From NCBI RefSeq assembly GCF_006345805.1, contig NC_042999.1, positions 31,372,001 to 31,436,000 on the forward strand: 64,000 bases of DNA, written 5' to 3'. Source of the stretch: Octopus sinensis (taxonomy: Eukaryota). The translations under genes and the position numbers were made by a program. The notes under the pieces are model-generated. The model worked only from the letters and a program-made list of their open reading frames with translations, was not told the origin of the DNA and made no database searches. This document shows, piece after piece, positions 1 to 10,875 of the stretch (its first letter is position 1; each line of letters opens with the position of its first letter).

Positions 1-34
1 CACAGACATTTTCTATATAAATATCAACTTATAT

Positions 35-49
35 GCGCGCGCGCACACA

Positions 50-124
<75 letters not shown>
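35..124. repeat. Compound (GC)n-(CA)n-(TA)n microsatellite
   Basis: Directly visible; accounts for ORFs 13..300 and 33..215. Confidence 0.95.
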
Positions 125-128
<4 letters not shown>

Positions 129-870
129 TCTCATTATGTAAGTACATTGACGTGTGCGAATATGTGTGATGGTAAGGGGGAGACAGGATTATTTTCGTCT
201 GGGAGTGTGTATTAATGTTTGTGCCAAGAGCCATTATGTCACAGAAAAGAGAAACTATTAATAAAAGCATTGTTTCCCCAACGTTTTTGTTCCTTGCCAC
301 GTGATTATATTACTGATGTGACTTGATTAATATACGTGTTTGTTTAGATAACTTCCGGTTAGGAAAAATTATAATAAGGATCTTGTGTGTGTCTGCGTGT
401 GTGTGTGTGTACTCACCATTTATACATCATTTTGTTACATTTTTATTTCTGTCTTAATCTTTTTTGCAACTGAAAATAATTCGAACGACCATTCTCGTCA
501 CTTTTCTGCTAATAGAAATCCCAATAGACTTTACATCCTTGTTTTAAAATTTCCATTATCTTTTCCTTTCATTTCCTTTCTGTACATGGCTTAATTTTCC
601 CAAAGTTTACGAGTTATGTTTTATATATATTACACTTTTATTTATACGTTCATACATTCGTCATTTCTGTGTTAATGTATTCATAATATCCTTATGTTTC
701 TTTCCTTAATGGACTTATTTTGATTAACACTAACTTTACCGTTTGCACTTAAAACCAGGCAATATATAAACCTAATTAAATCAATTTCAGTTTCCTTCTG
801 TTTGTGTATTTATATAGCTATCAATGTAAAATTCTCTTTCTCTGTATATTATATATATATACATACAAAA

Positions 871-1031
871 TGGCTGTGTGGTAAGTAGCTTGCTTAAGAA
901 CCTCATGGTTTCGGGTTCAGTCCCACTGCGTGGCATCTTGGGCAAGTGTTTTTTACTATACCCTCGGGTCGACCAAAGCCTTGTGAGTGGATTTGGTAGA
1001 TGGAAACTCAAAGAAGCCAGTCGTATATATG

Positions 1032-1083
<52 letters not shown>

Positions 1084-1280
1084 TGTGTATGTTTGTCCCC
1101 CTAGCATTGCTTGACAACCGATGCTGGTGTGCTGATGTCCCTGTCACTTAGTGTCTCGGCAGAAGAGACCGATAGAATAAGCACTGGACTTACTCAAAAT
1201 AAGACCCACGGTCGATTTGCTCGACTAAATGCGGTGCTCCAGCCTGGCCGCATTCAAATTACTCTAATAAGTAAAAGAGT
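871..1280 (+). mobile_element. tRNA-derived SINE, family 1 (near full length, internal (TA)n)
   Basis: Pol III-like head TGGCTGTGTGGTAAG...GGGTTCAGTCCC, central GGGCAAGTG...GTGAGTGGATTTGGTAGA...GAAGCC, internal (TA)n at about 1024-1080, tail GCGGTGCTCCAGCCTGGCCGCA. Homologous copies at 17681-18052 and 30156-30517. Confidence 0.9.
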
Positions 1281-1399
1281 ACAGTGTATACGTATAATTA
1301 TTTGTTAATTTGCAGAAAACCTCATTGAATTAAATTCATATCTGTGTATTCAAGGGGTACTTTATCCTGTATATGTATCCCATTGATATATAGGTGATG

Positions 1400-1413
1400 C
1401 GCCTATAAATGTA

Positions 1414-1476
<63 letters not shown>

Positions 1477-1518
1477 ATATATATATACATATATATGCAT
1501 GAATGTGCTTATATATAC

Positions 1519-1573
<55 letters not shown>

Positions 1574-1592
1574 TGAATGTGCTTATATATAC

Positions 1593-1623
<31 letters not shown>

Positions 1624-1702
1624 CATATATATGCATGAATGTGCTTATATATACATATATATATATATATATATAATATATATTAATATTATATATATAT
1701 AT
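1400..1702. repeat. (TA)n microsatellite with three embedded ATGCATGAATGTGCTTATATATACAT units
   Basis: Directly visible. Confidence 0.95.
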
Positions 1703-2334
1703 AGGATGTAGAAGGCTGTCTTGTGTGCGTTCTTTTCTTTTTTTCAAACATTGTCATGTGTTCCCGATATTCTCTGCATTTTATCATTTGTGTTATATTT
1801 CTGAAGAAAATATCACCGTTTTATATATTGTATGATCTCCCTGTCTTATTGACGATCTTCCATCAACAATGAATAATAGATCTTCCATCAACAATGTGTG
1901 TTAGTGGGTGTGTGTGTGTAAGCATATATCAATAATTTATCTCCAAATAATAACCCTAACCTTTTCCCTTATGTCATGTGAATTCACAGAATTAATTTCA
2001 AGACATAATTCCCCGTTTCATATGGAACTGTTCTCATTATATGGTAATTGTGACACAACCTCTTGAGGTGGATATAATTTTAATATATGATGAATTTTTG
2101 TAGTATATTATCACATATAACCTGTATTTGTCTGTTTTGTTCACATAGCTGACATTAGGCATTCCGAATTATTTTGTCCGTTTATATTCTTTTCTTTTAT
2201 GGAAATTAACTTGATCAATATTTTCTACTGTTCTGTATATGTCTAAGCCCGTTCGATAGTAGTAAATAGGTACAATAATTGTTCTACTGATTACACGCGT
2301 GCAGGCAAATTCACTTGTTTACGACAGGTATCAT

Positions 2335-2459
2335 TTATCCTGACACTAGGCCTTTCCTTTTCTTCAATGGCGTCAACTTCCTAGAAGATTTGATTCTCGA
2401 TTGTATCTTTCTTTCTCCTATGGATCTGATCTCAGTGTCATATGGTAATTGCAACTCAT
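2335..2459 (-). CDS. Candidate terminal coding exon of an unidentified gene: (D)ELQLPYDTEIRSIGERKIQSRIKSSRKLTPLKKRKGLVSG*
   Basis: Minus-strand acceptor ttatccttgcag, then 2 nt plus 41 codons ending TAA; non-repetitive sequence. No homology recognised. Confidence 0.35.
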
Positions 2460-3628
2460 CTGCAAGGATAATCTTAATGATTCAAGGATGTACATAGCAT
2501 AGCATTAGATACACCTGCATGCCTCTATGCAGTTCATATAAATTTCACTGGCTACTCCGAGTTATTTCCTTTAGATCACGTTACATATGATATAAAACTC
2601 ACACCTACAACATATATGTACATACTCACGTTTCTATATAGACTTACAGTACACAAATACACTTAAATAAACATGTGTCTGTATCTGTGTAGAGTATTTC
2701 AAAAAAAAATATATTGCCTTTACATAATACTTTTTGAAACTTGCAATAGGAAAGGATACAAGAGTACATATTCTCTTCGGTCTGGGGCAAATAAAGAATA
2801 CGTTTTGACGCTTTTTTATACCGTTTGTTTCCTACGTGTCAGTGAACAAGCGCTGGTTCTTTACTGGGTCTAAAACGAAGAGTATCCAACTTGGTCTTTT
2901 AGCCCATTAAGAATAATATATTATCAGTACTTAATATACGTGCCAATGATACTTAGATTTGATTTTGTAATAAATATGTTTTTTTTTAAATTGCAACATA
3001 AATTTACAGTTGTTCAATGAAAGCTTTTTGATCTTACTCTCTGAAAATTTAAACAGATATTAAAATATGTATTTTCTTCTACTTTTCATTTCATGAAAAT
3101 ATCGTCTTCTCTCTAATTATTCATAGAGAGCTGAACACTCATCAGAGCAGAATCTTCTATCTCATTATTCTATCTACAAACAGATCTATAAAGAAAACTT
3201 TTTCATCCAGTAAAACAGAGAAGTTAGCTTCAATATCACCACTAATATAGTGCATACCCTAGTAGCATAATTGCGTGATAAGTGTGCATTTCTAAAGCAC
3301 TGCATGTGTTAAACAACTATAAAGTAGATTCATATTTATATTCGTATGTGTGTGTGAGAGAGTGTGATGGAAGGAGAAAGAAAGAGAGAGAAGGGGGTGC
3401 ACGAGGGTGTAGGTGTCTCTTTTTTTTAGTTTGAAGTACCTTGATATTTTTGTGTCCGCTTTGTTCATCGCATTTCTACAAGTAATATCATTATGTTCTA
3501 AGTTTTATAATTTAAAACTATTCTAATACTCATTATTAAAATCTACCAAATGAAATATTTGGAGAGAGAATAGGCATTTGAAACGTATAACTTCCAATTG
3601 ATAGTTTCCAGAAATTTATCCTCTAATA

Positions 3629-3836
3629 GACTTTCGTTACCTTTAAAAATCTCGATCTTTGTGTCATACAAATTTTAGTGATGTAGTTCAACTACCCCCC
3701 ATGGAAAGCTCTCTAATATTTATAATAAGATAGACTTTCGTTACCTTTAAAAATCTCGATCTTTGTGTCATACAAATTTTAGTGATGTAGTTCAACTACC
3801 CCCCATGGAAAGCTCTCTAATATTTATAATAAGATA
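3629..3836. repeat. Perfect tandem duplication, 2 x 104 bp
   Basis: 3629-3732 is identical to 3733-3836 (gactttcgttacc...tttataataagata). Confidence 0.95.
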
Positions 3837-4288
3837 ATTTAAAAAACTAAATCTGTGTACTATAAAAGAAAATGCTGGTGACTTGGCTTGAATACCATGA
3901 TACCTTCTACTTTCGCTCATATAGATTCGGAGTTACTGATCTAAAACGTTAATGCTGTTAACATTTCATTATGCGATAGGAACGCAGTATAAATATATTT
4001 AGACAGATGTTACAGGAATTGACTAATGTAAACTGTGTGGACAAATTTAACTTGTTTCGACGAATGAGACCTGGCTTATTATCCTAGAAATAATTCTTAT
4101 GCATCTAACATCTATCGTAGAAATCGCCAGTAATTTTATCTAATCAGTTATTAAAATGGACAAAAGAGGTTGTATAGGTGCTGCTATGAAATAATATTCT
4201 GTGATTATTAAAATAAATGTCGTTGTGAAATGTTATACAGGAACAGTTATACAGGTGTATCTTCAGGCAATGTGTTTGCACATCAAAT

Positions 4289-4757
4289 TTAAACCCAAAC
4301 CAAACGATAAAATAGGAGATATACTGCGAGCAGCTGGAGCGACTTAAGTCAGCGTTAGAAGGAAAATAATCATACTTCGTTTCAAAAGGAAAGGTGCTCT
4401 TCCATCAGTATAATGATCGGCCACATACAGTGAGGATGACTTTCCAAATGCTGGACCAGATTGAATGGGAGACGATGCTCCACTGATCATACTAGCTGGA
4501 TATTGTCCCATCTGATAATCATTTATTCTGCAGTCTTCAAATGATTTGAACGGAAAAAAATATGAATTCTGTAGACCAGGTCAGAAAAGTACAGAAGTAT
4601 TTTTCCTCACGGACATTTGAATTTTGGAAGAGGGGCCTTGCAATTCTACCGGACAGATGGAAGAGCATTGTAGAAAATGAAGCAGAGTATATTTCAGATT
4701 AAAAAATTATTTTATCTTAATTTTGAAAAAAAAAAATTATTTATAGGATGACCAAAT
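4289..4757 (+). mobile_element. Mariner (D34D) transposon 3' relic: transposase C-terminus plus putative 3' TIR
   Basis: Translates LNPNQTIK*EIYCEQLERLKSALEGK*...VLFHQYNDRPHT...WETMLH*SY*LDIVPSDNHLF...RWKSIVENEAEYISD* (stop at 4700-4702). Motifs equivalent to HDNARPH and YSPDLAPSDYHLF are 34 residues apart. Contains stops and a frameshift. The end resembles a TIR (ttatttataggatgaccaaat). Confidence 0.92.
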
Positions 4758-5189
4758 TTTTCCTTTCTGATTCCATCTAGTTCCTCTCATTTTATACCGA
4801 CCATGATGGGTCTCTCACAAATCCCTTACCATCGACCAATATGCTGCTCTTGAACTTTGTTCGGTAAGATACGAAATGGAAAATTTTCTAATCGGTGAAC
4901 TGAATTTGATACAATCGATTATACTTCAAATGATTCGAAAGCTTATACATCTATGGCATGTTGGTACTCTAAGGAATCAACATTTCTTGAACGGTTGGGA
5001 TGTTTCGGATATATCGATTATGTGATATGTCTATAGTTTCCTACAGAGATTAATGATTTAACGAATTGGAATTGAAAGCAGAATATAACCGTTGATCCAC
5101 ATGATTTGAGATGATTCCAGGCACAGCCTCAAGAAGAAAAGTTGATATAAGTGGCGCTGGAGGATAGAAGATCGAAGCAATTTTATTGA

Positions 5190-5425
5190 AGGTGATGGGG
5201 AATAGGATGACAGTGTTAATAATAATGAAGATGTCTTATGTGCCAGTAGTTTTACGTGATACTTATGATGATGATGATAATGAGGATAAGGAAAATGATG
5301 GGGCTGAACATAGTGATGTATATGATGGGGGTGATGTTGTTTAGGATGAGGAGAAAATGGAGAGAAGGAAGAAGTGAGATAATAAGAGCACAGAGAGAAT
5401 GAGAGAGAGAGAGAGAGAGAAAGAT
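5190..5425. repeat. Degenerate (GAT)n/(GA)n low-complexity tract
   Basis: Visible; explains the His-rich ORF 5058..5591. Confidence 0.8.
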
Positions 5426-5969
5426 TCATAGTGATAAAGTAAAAGCCATTTCGAGTCACTTGAATCGAAATAAGCATCGGTTTCTCTAACACAATTTTTT
5501 TTTTTGAAAAACAAATATACAATACATTTTTACAGAATTGGATGGTGATTTGTGTCAGAAAACCTTTCTTAGTAAGCGTGTGTATATTCACAAATTTTTA
5601 GTCGCTCACAATCATCTGGTGCTCGATTTCTGCCGACGACAAATGTCTTCAAAAGGTGCCGATCTTCTAGTTGTTGCTTTCCAGCAGGAATTGCGCATTT
5701 ATTGGACTGCGGCACAATGTAGATAGAGATTGGCATAGTTAACTTAATACGAAATAGTATTTAATTTTATTAACTCCATAGTGATGAATTTCATGAGAAG
5801 CGCACCATATTTCACGTAGTTTACGTTGCAAGTGGAGAGATTAGTTGCACAACATGGCTGAGGGTTGCGAAATTATAGTCTATATTCAGACTGTCTTCGT
5901 ATTCAAACGTTCTGCATGCTGAATGATGGACGTGACCACTATATATCTATGTATATATATATATATATT

Positions 5970-6052
<83 letters not shown>

Positions 6053-6639
6053 AGAAACAGGTGTTACAAGCTCAGAAACCGTAGAAAACGTCCCTTTGAG
6101 GACAGTCGGCTAGATATCCTTCGATTAATGGGAGCATCATATGCAAACGTGTAACGGAGAAAATCTTACATTCCTATTTTGCATTCAAGATTTGCCAGTG
6201 TAGAAATTGTGTACGCTATTGAATTATTCCAGTGTTGTCTACAAAATCTTATACATGCTTCACTTATTTTGTAGATCAAAACATTTTTATAATGTTATAT
6301 ATTGTAGTTTAACTTTGTTTTTCTTGGGAACTTACAAATAATTATGTTTGTTGTAGTCTTAGTGTCTTTCTAAATTTTCTAACTACTCATGCAGAATGTT
6401 ATTGCTTCTTTAAGTCTTCGTTTATCACGACTTAATCCTATTTTGAGTACGGATTTACTATTTTTCTCCCATTAGTGCCACATACTCTACATATTGAAAT
6501 ATAAGCTTGTTCTATACTGTAGCTGATTAAAATAAACAGAAATGCACACACACACACACACACACCACACACACACATTCGAATGCACCTATGTACTTAT
6601 ATATACGCATGAATGCATACATATTTTTACTAATATCAG

Positions 6640-6845
6640 CACGTACTGGCAGCGACCTGATAAGTTTCATTCATGTTTCACTAATCTCGAATATGCTATT
6701 GCTTTGCAAATATACGCCTGAGCTGACAACTTTATATACTGTATTGGTTTGATTATTGCAATGTAAGTATTTTTGCCGGAAGAATTAATATCGTATGCAG
6801 TTGAGATGGTTTGAAAATTTTGGCTGTTTTCTGGATATAGTAATA
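6640..6845 (+). mobile_element. Possible decayed 5' end of a mariner-type DNA transposon
   Basis: Recalled resemblance to mariner TIR/5'UTR only (acgtactggcagcgacctgataagt...gctgacaac...cagttgagatggtttgaaaatt); no coding motif. Confidence 0.25.
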
Positions 6846-7869
6846 TATTTGAATTTAGTTTTAGCTTTTAAAACTTTAGGTCACAAATATTCATCTATAA
6901 TGTAGATGCTTGGAGATTATCTTTGGTCACTTCATTGGCCACTCCAAGATTGTGTCAGTCCTCGATTAAGAATGATAATATTAAGGGGCTATGCTATTCG
7001 TTCGTAAAATAGATAAAGCAAAGAATTCTTCAGGTTACTCACTGGCGTTTATAACACAACAATATTTATGGTAGTAACATATGCACACAATGCACACACA
7101 TTGTAACAAATTTCGCTTATGTGTGAGAGAGAGAAGGAAAGAAAGGAAAAGAGAGACATAGAGAGAAAGAAATAAAAATAGAAAGAGAGAGAGAGAAAAT
7201 GACATACAAGGGAGGAGTCGTGTGTGAGAAACTGCTACAATGCGTTATAAGTGACATCCTGAAAGGTGGCACAGAAAACCGACAACACGTTTTTGTAAAG
7301 CAAAACACCAAAATAAGTATACATGTCTGATCCTTTTATTGGACGTCAAGTGGAAATTAGTATATTTTAAGCACCTGCTTATGTTTATATCAGAGGCAAA
7401 TACCTCAATAATTTTGTTACAAAGAATAATGTATATTACGGTCGAAACTCGAACAAAGTAAAAGAAAATGAGGGCTAGATATCGGGAAACGGTACGCCAT
7501 CATAACAGCGAATTTACTATTTTTTCGACAGGTAGAATAAATTTAAGAAGGGATCAGTTAGTTTATGTTCTATGGTTATTTTTCCTTATACATATATGAC
7601 AGGCAACCCTTTGCAATATTACACTAACACTATATACAAATCATTGGTGATGGTATTGTTCTGAGAATAATAATGAGCTTTTGTGTATGACCACTTGACA
7701 CATGAAATAAAATGAAATTTAAGGAAAATATAAATGGTATCAATAACTATAATGAAAATATTGAAGGCCATATTACGAATTTGAAGAGAAAGATTAAAAA
7801 AATTGATATGAGAAAAGAAGAACAATTTAAACATTAAGAAAATAAACAGATGAATTAGTACAGACTTAG

Positions 7870-8345
7870 ACAATGTTAAAACAAGTGATAATGATGATGG
7901 ACCAGATGAGTATAACGATGTCGATGATGACAAAAGTCAGGATGATTTCGACTCGGATAACAATAATGGTGTTGAAGAGAATAAAAACTACAACAACGAT
8001 GATATCGTAATACTGCAGCTGGAGATAATCGCTTTGATGATGAAGATTAACGTTTAGTGGATGATGATGATATGGATGATGAGAGATGATGCTGAGGAGT
8101 CCATGATGATGATGAACATAAACTGAAGTTGAAGGTATCTAGTAGGGTGATGATGTTACTGATGATGCCGATAATGATATTATGTCAATGATGGTGATAA
8201 CAGTAACGATGGAGTTTAAGACGATGCTGATCACAGAACTAAGATTATGACGCCGATTATGATGTATAGATATAATCTGCTGCCGATGTAGTTGCAAGAT
8301 AGTAACACTGATGACGCACTTTAAGATGGTGATGCTGTATTGATG
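7870..8345. repeat. Degenerate (GAT)n triplet tract
   Basis: Cryptic GAT/GAC/GGT periodicity with stops. Confidence 0.8.
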
Positions 8346-8523
8346 CTGAAGATGGTGACAACTGCTAAAGAAAAATAACCGAAAATAGAAAAAGAAGAGA
8401 AATATATATAATGTTATAGAATTAAACAATCAGAATCATTATAAGACGGAAATAAAATCCATTCATACAAATATTGATGGTTGATTAAGTTTACAGACCG
8501 CAGGCGATAAATATTCACTAGCA

Positions 8524-8565
<42 letters not shown>

Positions 8566-8911
8566 GAAATTATAAGAAAGAATAAATATTTAAAGAAGAT
8601 GAATAAACAAATATAGAGATTTTACAGTTCGATTAACAGATCAAACATGAGATAAAGGGGAGAAAAAAAGGAAAAGAGTTTAGTAGTGAATATTGCAAAT
8701 AATAAAGACAGAGAAAAAAGTTAGACTTATAATAAAACAAACAAAATGTCTTCTTAAAAACCAAATCATACATTGGGTGAGACTTAGGTTGGAAGAAGTC
8801 AAAGAGAAAAATTCAATGACGACATATTAGCAGACAAGACAGATTTATAGATCACATATACATTAATGCACAGCTATGTACATATACACAGCTATATACA
8901 GACATACACTC

Positions 8912-8943
<32 letters not shown>

Positions 8944-8959
8944 ACAAACACAAACACAA

Positions 8960-9019
<60 letters not shown>

Positions 9020-9389
9020 CAGGAAGCAAAATAACGTTTCCATATAAATATAAAAAAATGGTTCACACAGAATTCTCTTAGATTCAGAAATGCGTAAACA
9101 CAAAAAGTAAATGCACCGTGATATTTACGTGTATTTGATCAAAGATTTTACCTGAAGAATCTGAGTAAATACCTCAAGTGGAGTGTAAATCTATGCAGTA
9201 AGATTTTCTATCACGTGTATGTAACGTCTGTATGTAACTACTGCTAAAATTATCATTATTATTATTAATATTATTACTAATATGTAGTAGTAGTAGTAGT
9301 AGAAGGAGGAGGAGGGGGATTTCGGACTTGTATTTTATTACTGCTGTATGATGACATATTTTCTATTCATTTAAACAATTAATTGCACT

Positions 9390-10005
9390 CTATATACACA
9401 CATATATGTATATATATATATATGTGCATATATATAGATACATATATGCAAATATATATATCTATATATACATATACATCTATATATGCATACATACATA
9501 CATATATTCATATATCTCTCTCTCACTATATATATATAATATATATATATATATGTATGTTGTTGTATTTAGGAATTTATAAAGATATATATATATAATC
9601 TTATATATATAGAATTATGCCTAAAAAATGGATCAACAAATTCAATATCCCTACATATCTCACATCTATTTTCTTTCCTCCACCTCATTATATATTTTGT
9701 ATCCCATCTAAATTTACTATTACTTACCGATCCTCTCACACCGTCTCCGATGAAGGGATATGATTAATAAATATCATGGAAACAGCTGTAAGACCAATAT
9801 CGATGTTCTATTATCTACACAGCCTTGGTTTCTTATCTCATTACGCAAAAAATTCTTACATATATTCATATACATATATATATATACAATTATATATATA
9901 CATATGTACATACATATATATAAATATATATACACATATACATACACATATATATATACACTCATATACACATATGCATACGGACATATGTACATAGATA
10001 TATAC

Positions 10006-10069
<64 letters not shown>

Positions 10070-10115
10070 GCATATATATACATATATATATACATATATA
10101 TATATATATAAATAG
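9390..10115. repeat. (TA)n/(TACA)n microsatellite blocks (about 9390-9610 and 9860-10115)
   Basis: Directly visible; source of several YI-rich ORFs. Confidence 0.9.
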
Positions 10116-10649
10116 TAATGCAATACGAGAGTATTGCTTTCCAGTAAAGAATAGCCCGTGAGGGAAAATTATACATAGAAGTAAATATGTATATGTGTGC
10201 AGACGTCTCTTGGAAAATCTGAAACCGGTACCAGATTTTCTATCACGTGTATATAAATATATATAGATATACATATATATATATATATGAACGTTTAGCT
10301 AAACAAGTAGCCTGTATCAAAAGACGGATACACTACTTTGTTTGTCCAGTTTTGCGATAGGTTCCCCATGTTTCAATCTCATGCCATTAAAAGGGTATCG
10401 AACGCCTGTTCAACTTGGATAGGATAAAGGAATGATACTTTATAATAGACTATATATACATATATATATATGTGTCTGTGTGTGCGTGGATAGATGCAAA
10501 CATAATAAAATTTGTTATATTAATTTTAAACGTGTAAATTAGTCAGAATTGGTGACGGTATTGCTTTTTAGGTTTTTGTTCACGTGCCTTCTGCTTTAAT
10601 AATTTCTTATTTGATGTTCTCTATCAGTGATGCGTATCATTGATGACTA

Positions 10650-10875
10650 GTGAGTGGATTTGGTAGACGGAGACTGAAAGTATCCGTCATGAATATCTAA
10701 GTGAATGAGTATTTGTGTTTGCAATCGCACCACTACCGCTCCACAACTGGTGTTTGTTTGCTTGCATCCCAGTAACTATGTAGTTCATCATAAAAAGTCT
10801 ACAGAATACGCATCGGGCTTTAAAGGTAACCATTGGGTGCAATTTGCCGACAAAATACCATAGGGTTGCCTCAGC
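10650..10875 (+). mobile_element. Family 1 SINE fragment (central domain and decayed 3' part)
   Basis: GTGAGTGGATTTGGTAGACGGAGACTGAAAG matches the central domain of the 871-1280 copy. Confidence 0.75.

Noticed and set aside
787-1308. ORFs such as MLGGQT...TQP and their counterparts at 17821..18078
   Set aside because: They are incidental frames within family 1 SINE copies.
3128-3158. CTGATGAG on the minus strand as a hammerhead core (similarly CTGATGAAG near 61770)
   Set aside because: No GAAA follows the putative stem II.
5058-5591. 177-aa His-rich ORF
   Set aside because: It is the antisense reading of degenerate (GAT)n and (GA)n repeats.
5560-5930. Possible piggyBac-like relic on the minus strand (MPISIYIVPQSNK...RHLLKTF)
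   Set aside because: No catalytic motif, TTAA site or TIR was identified.
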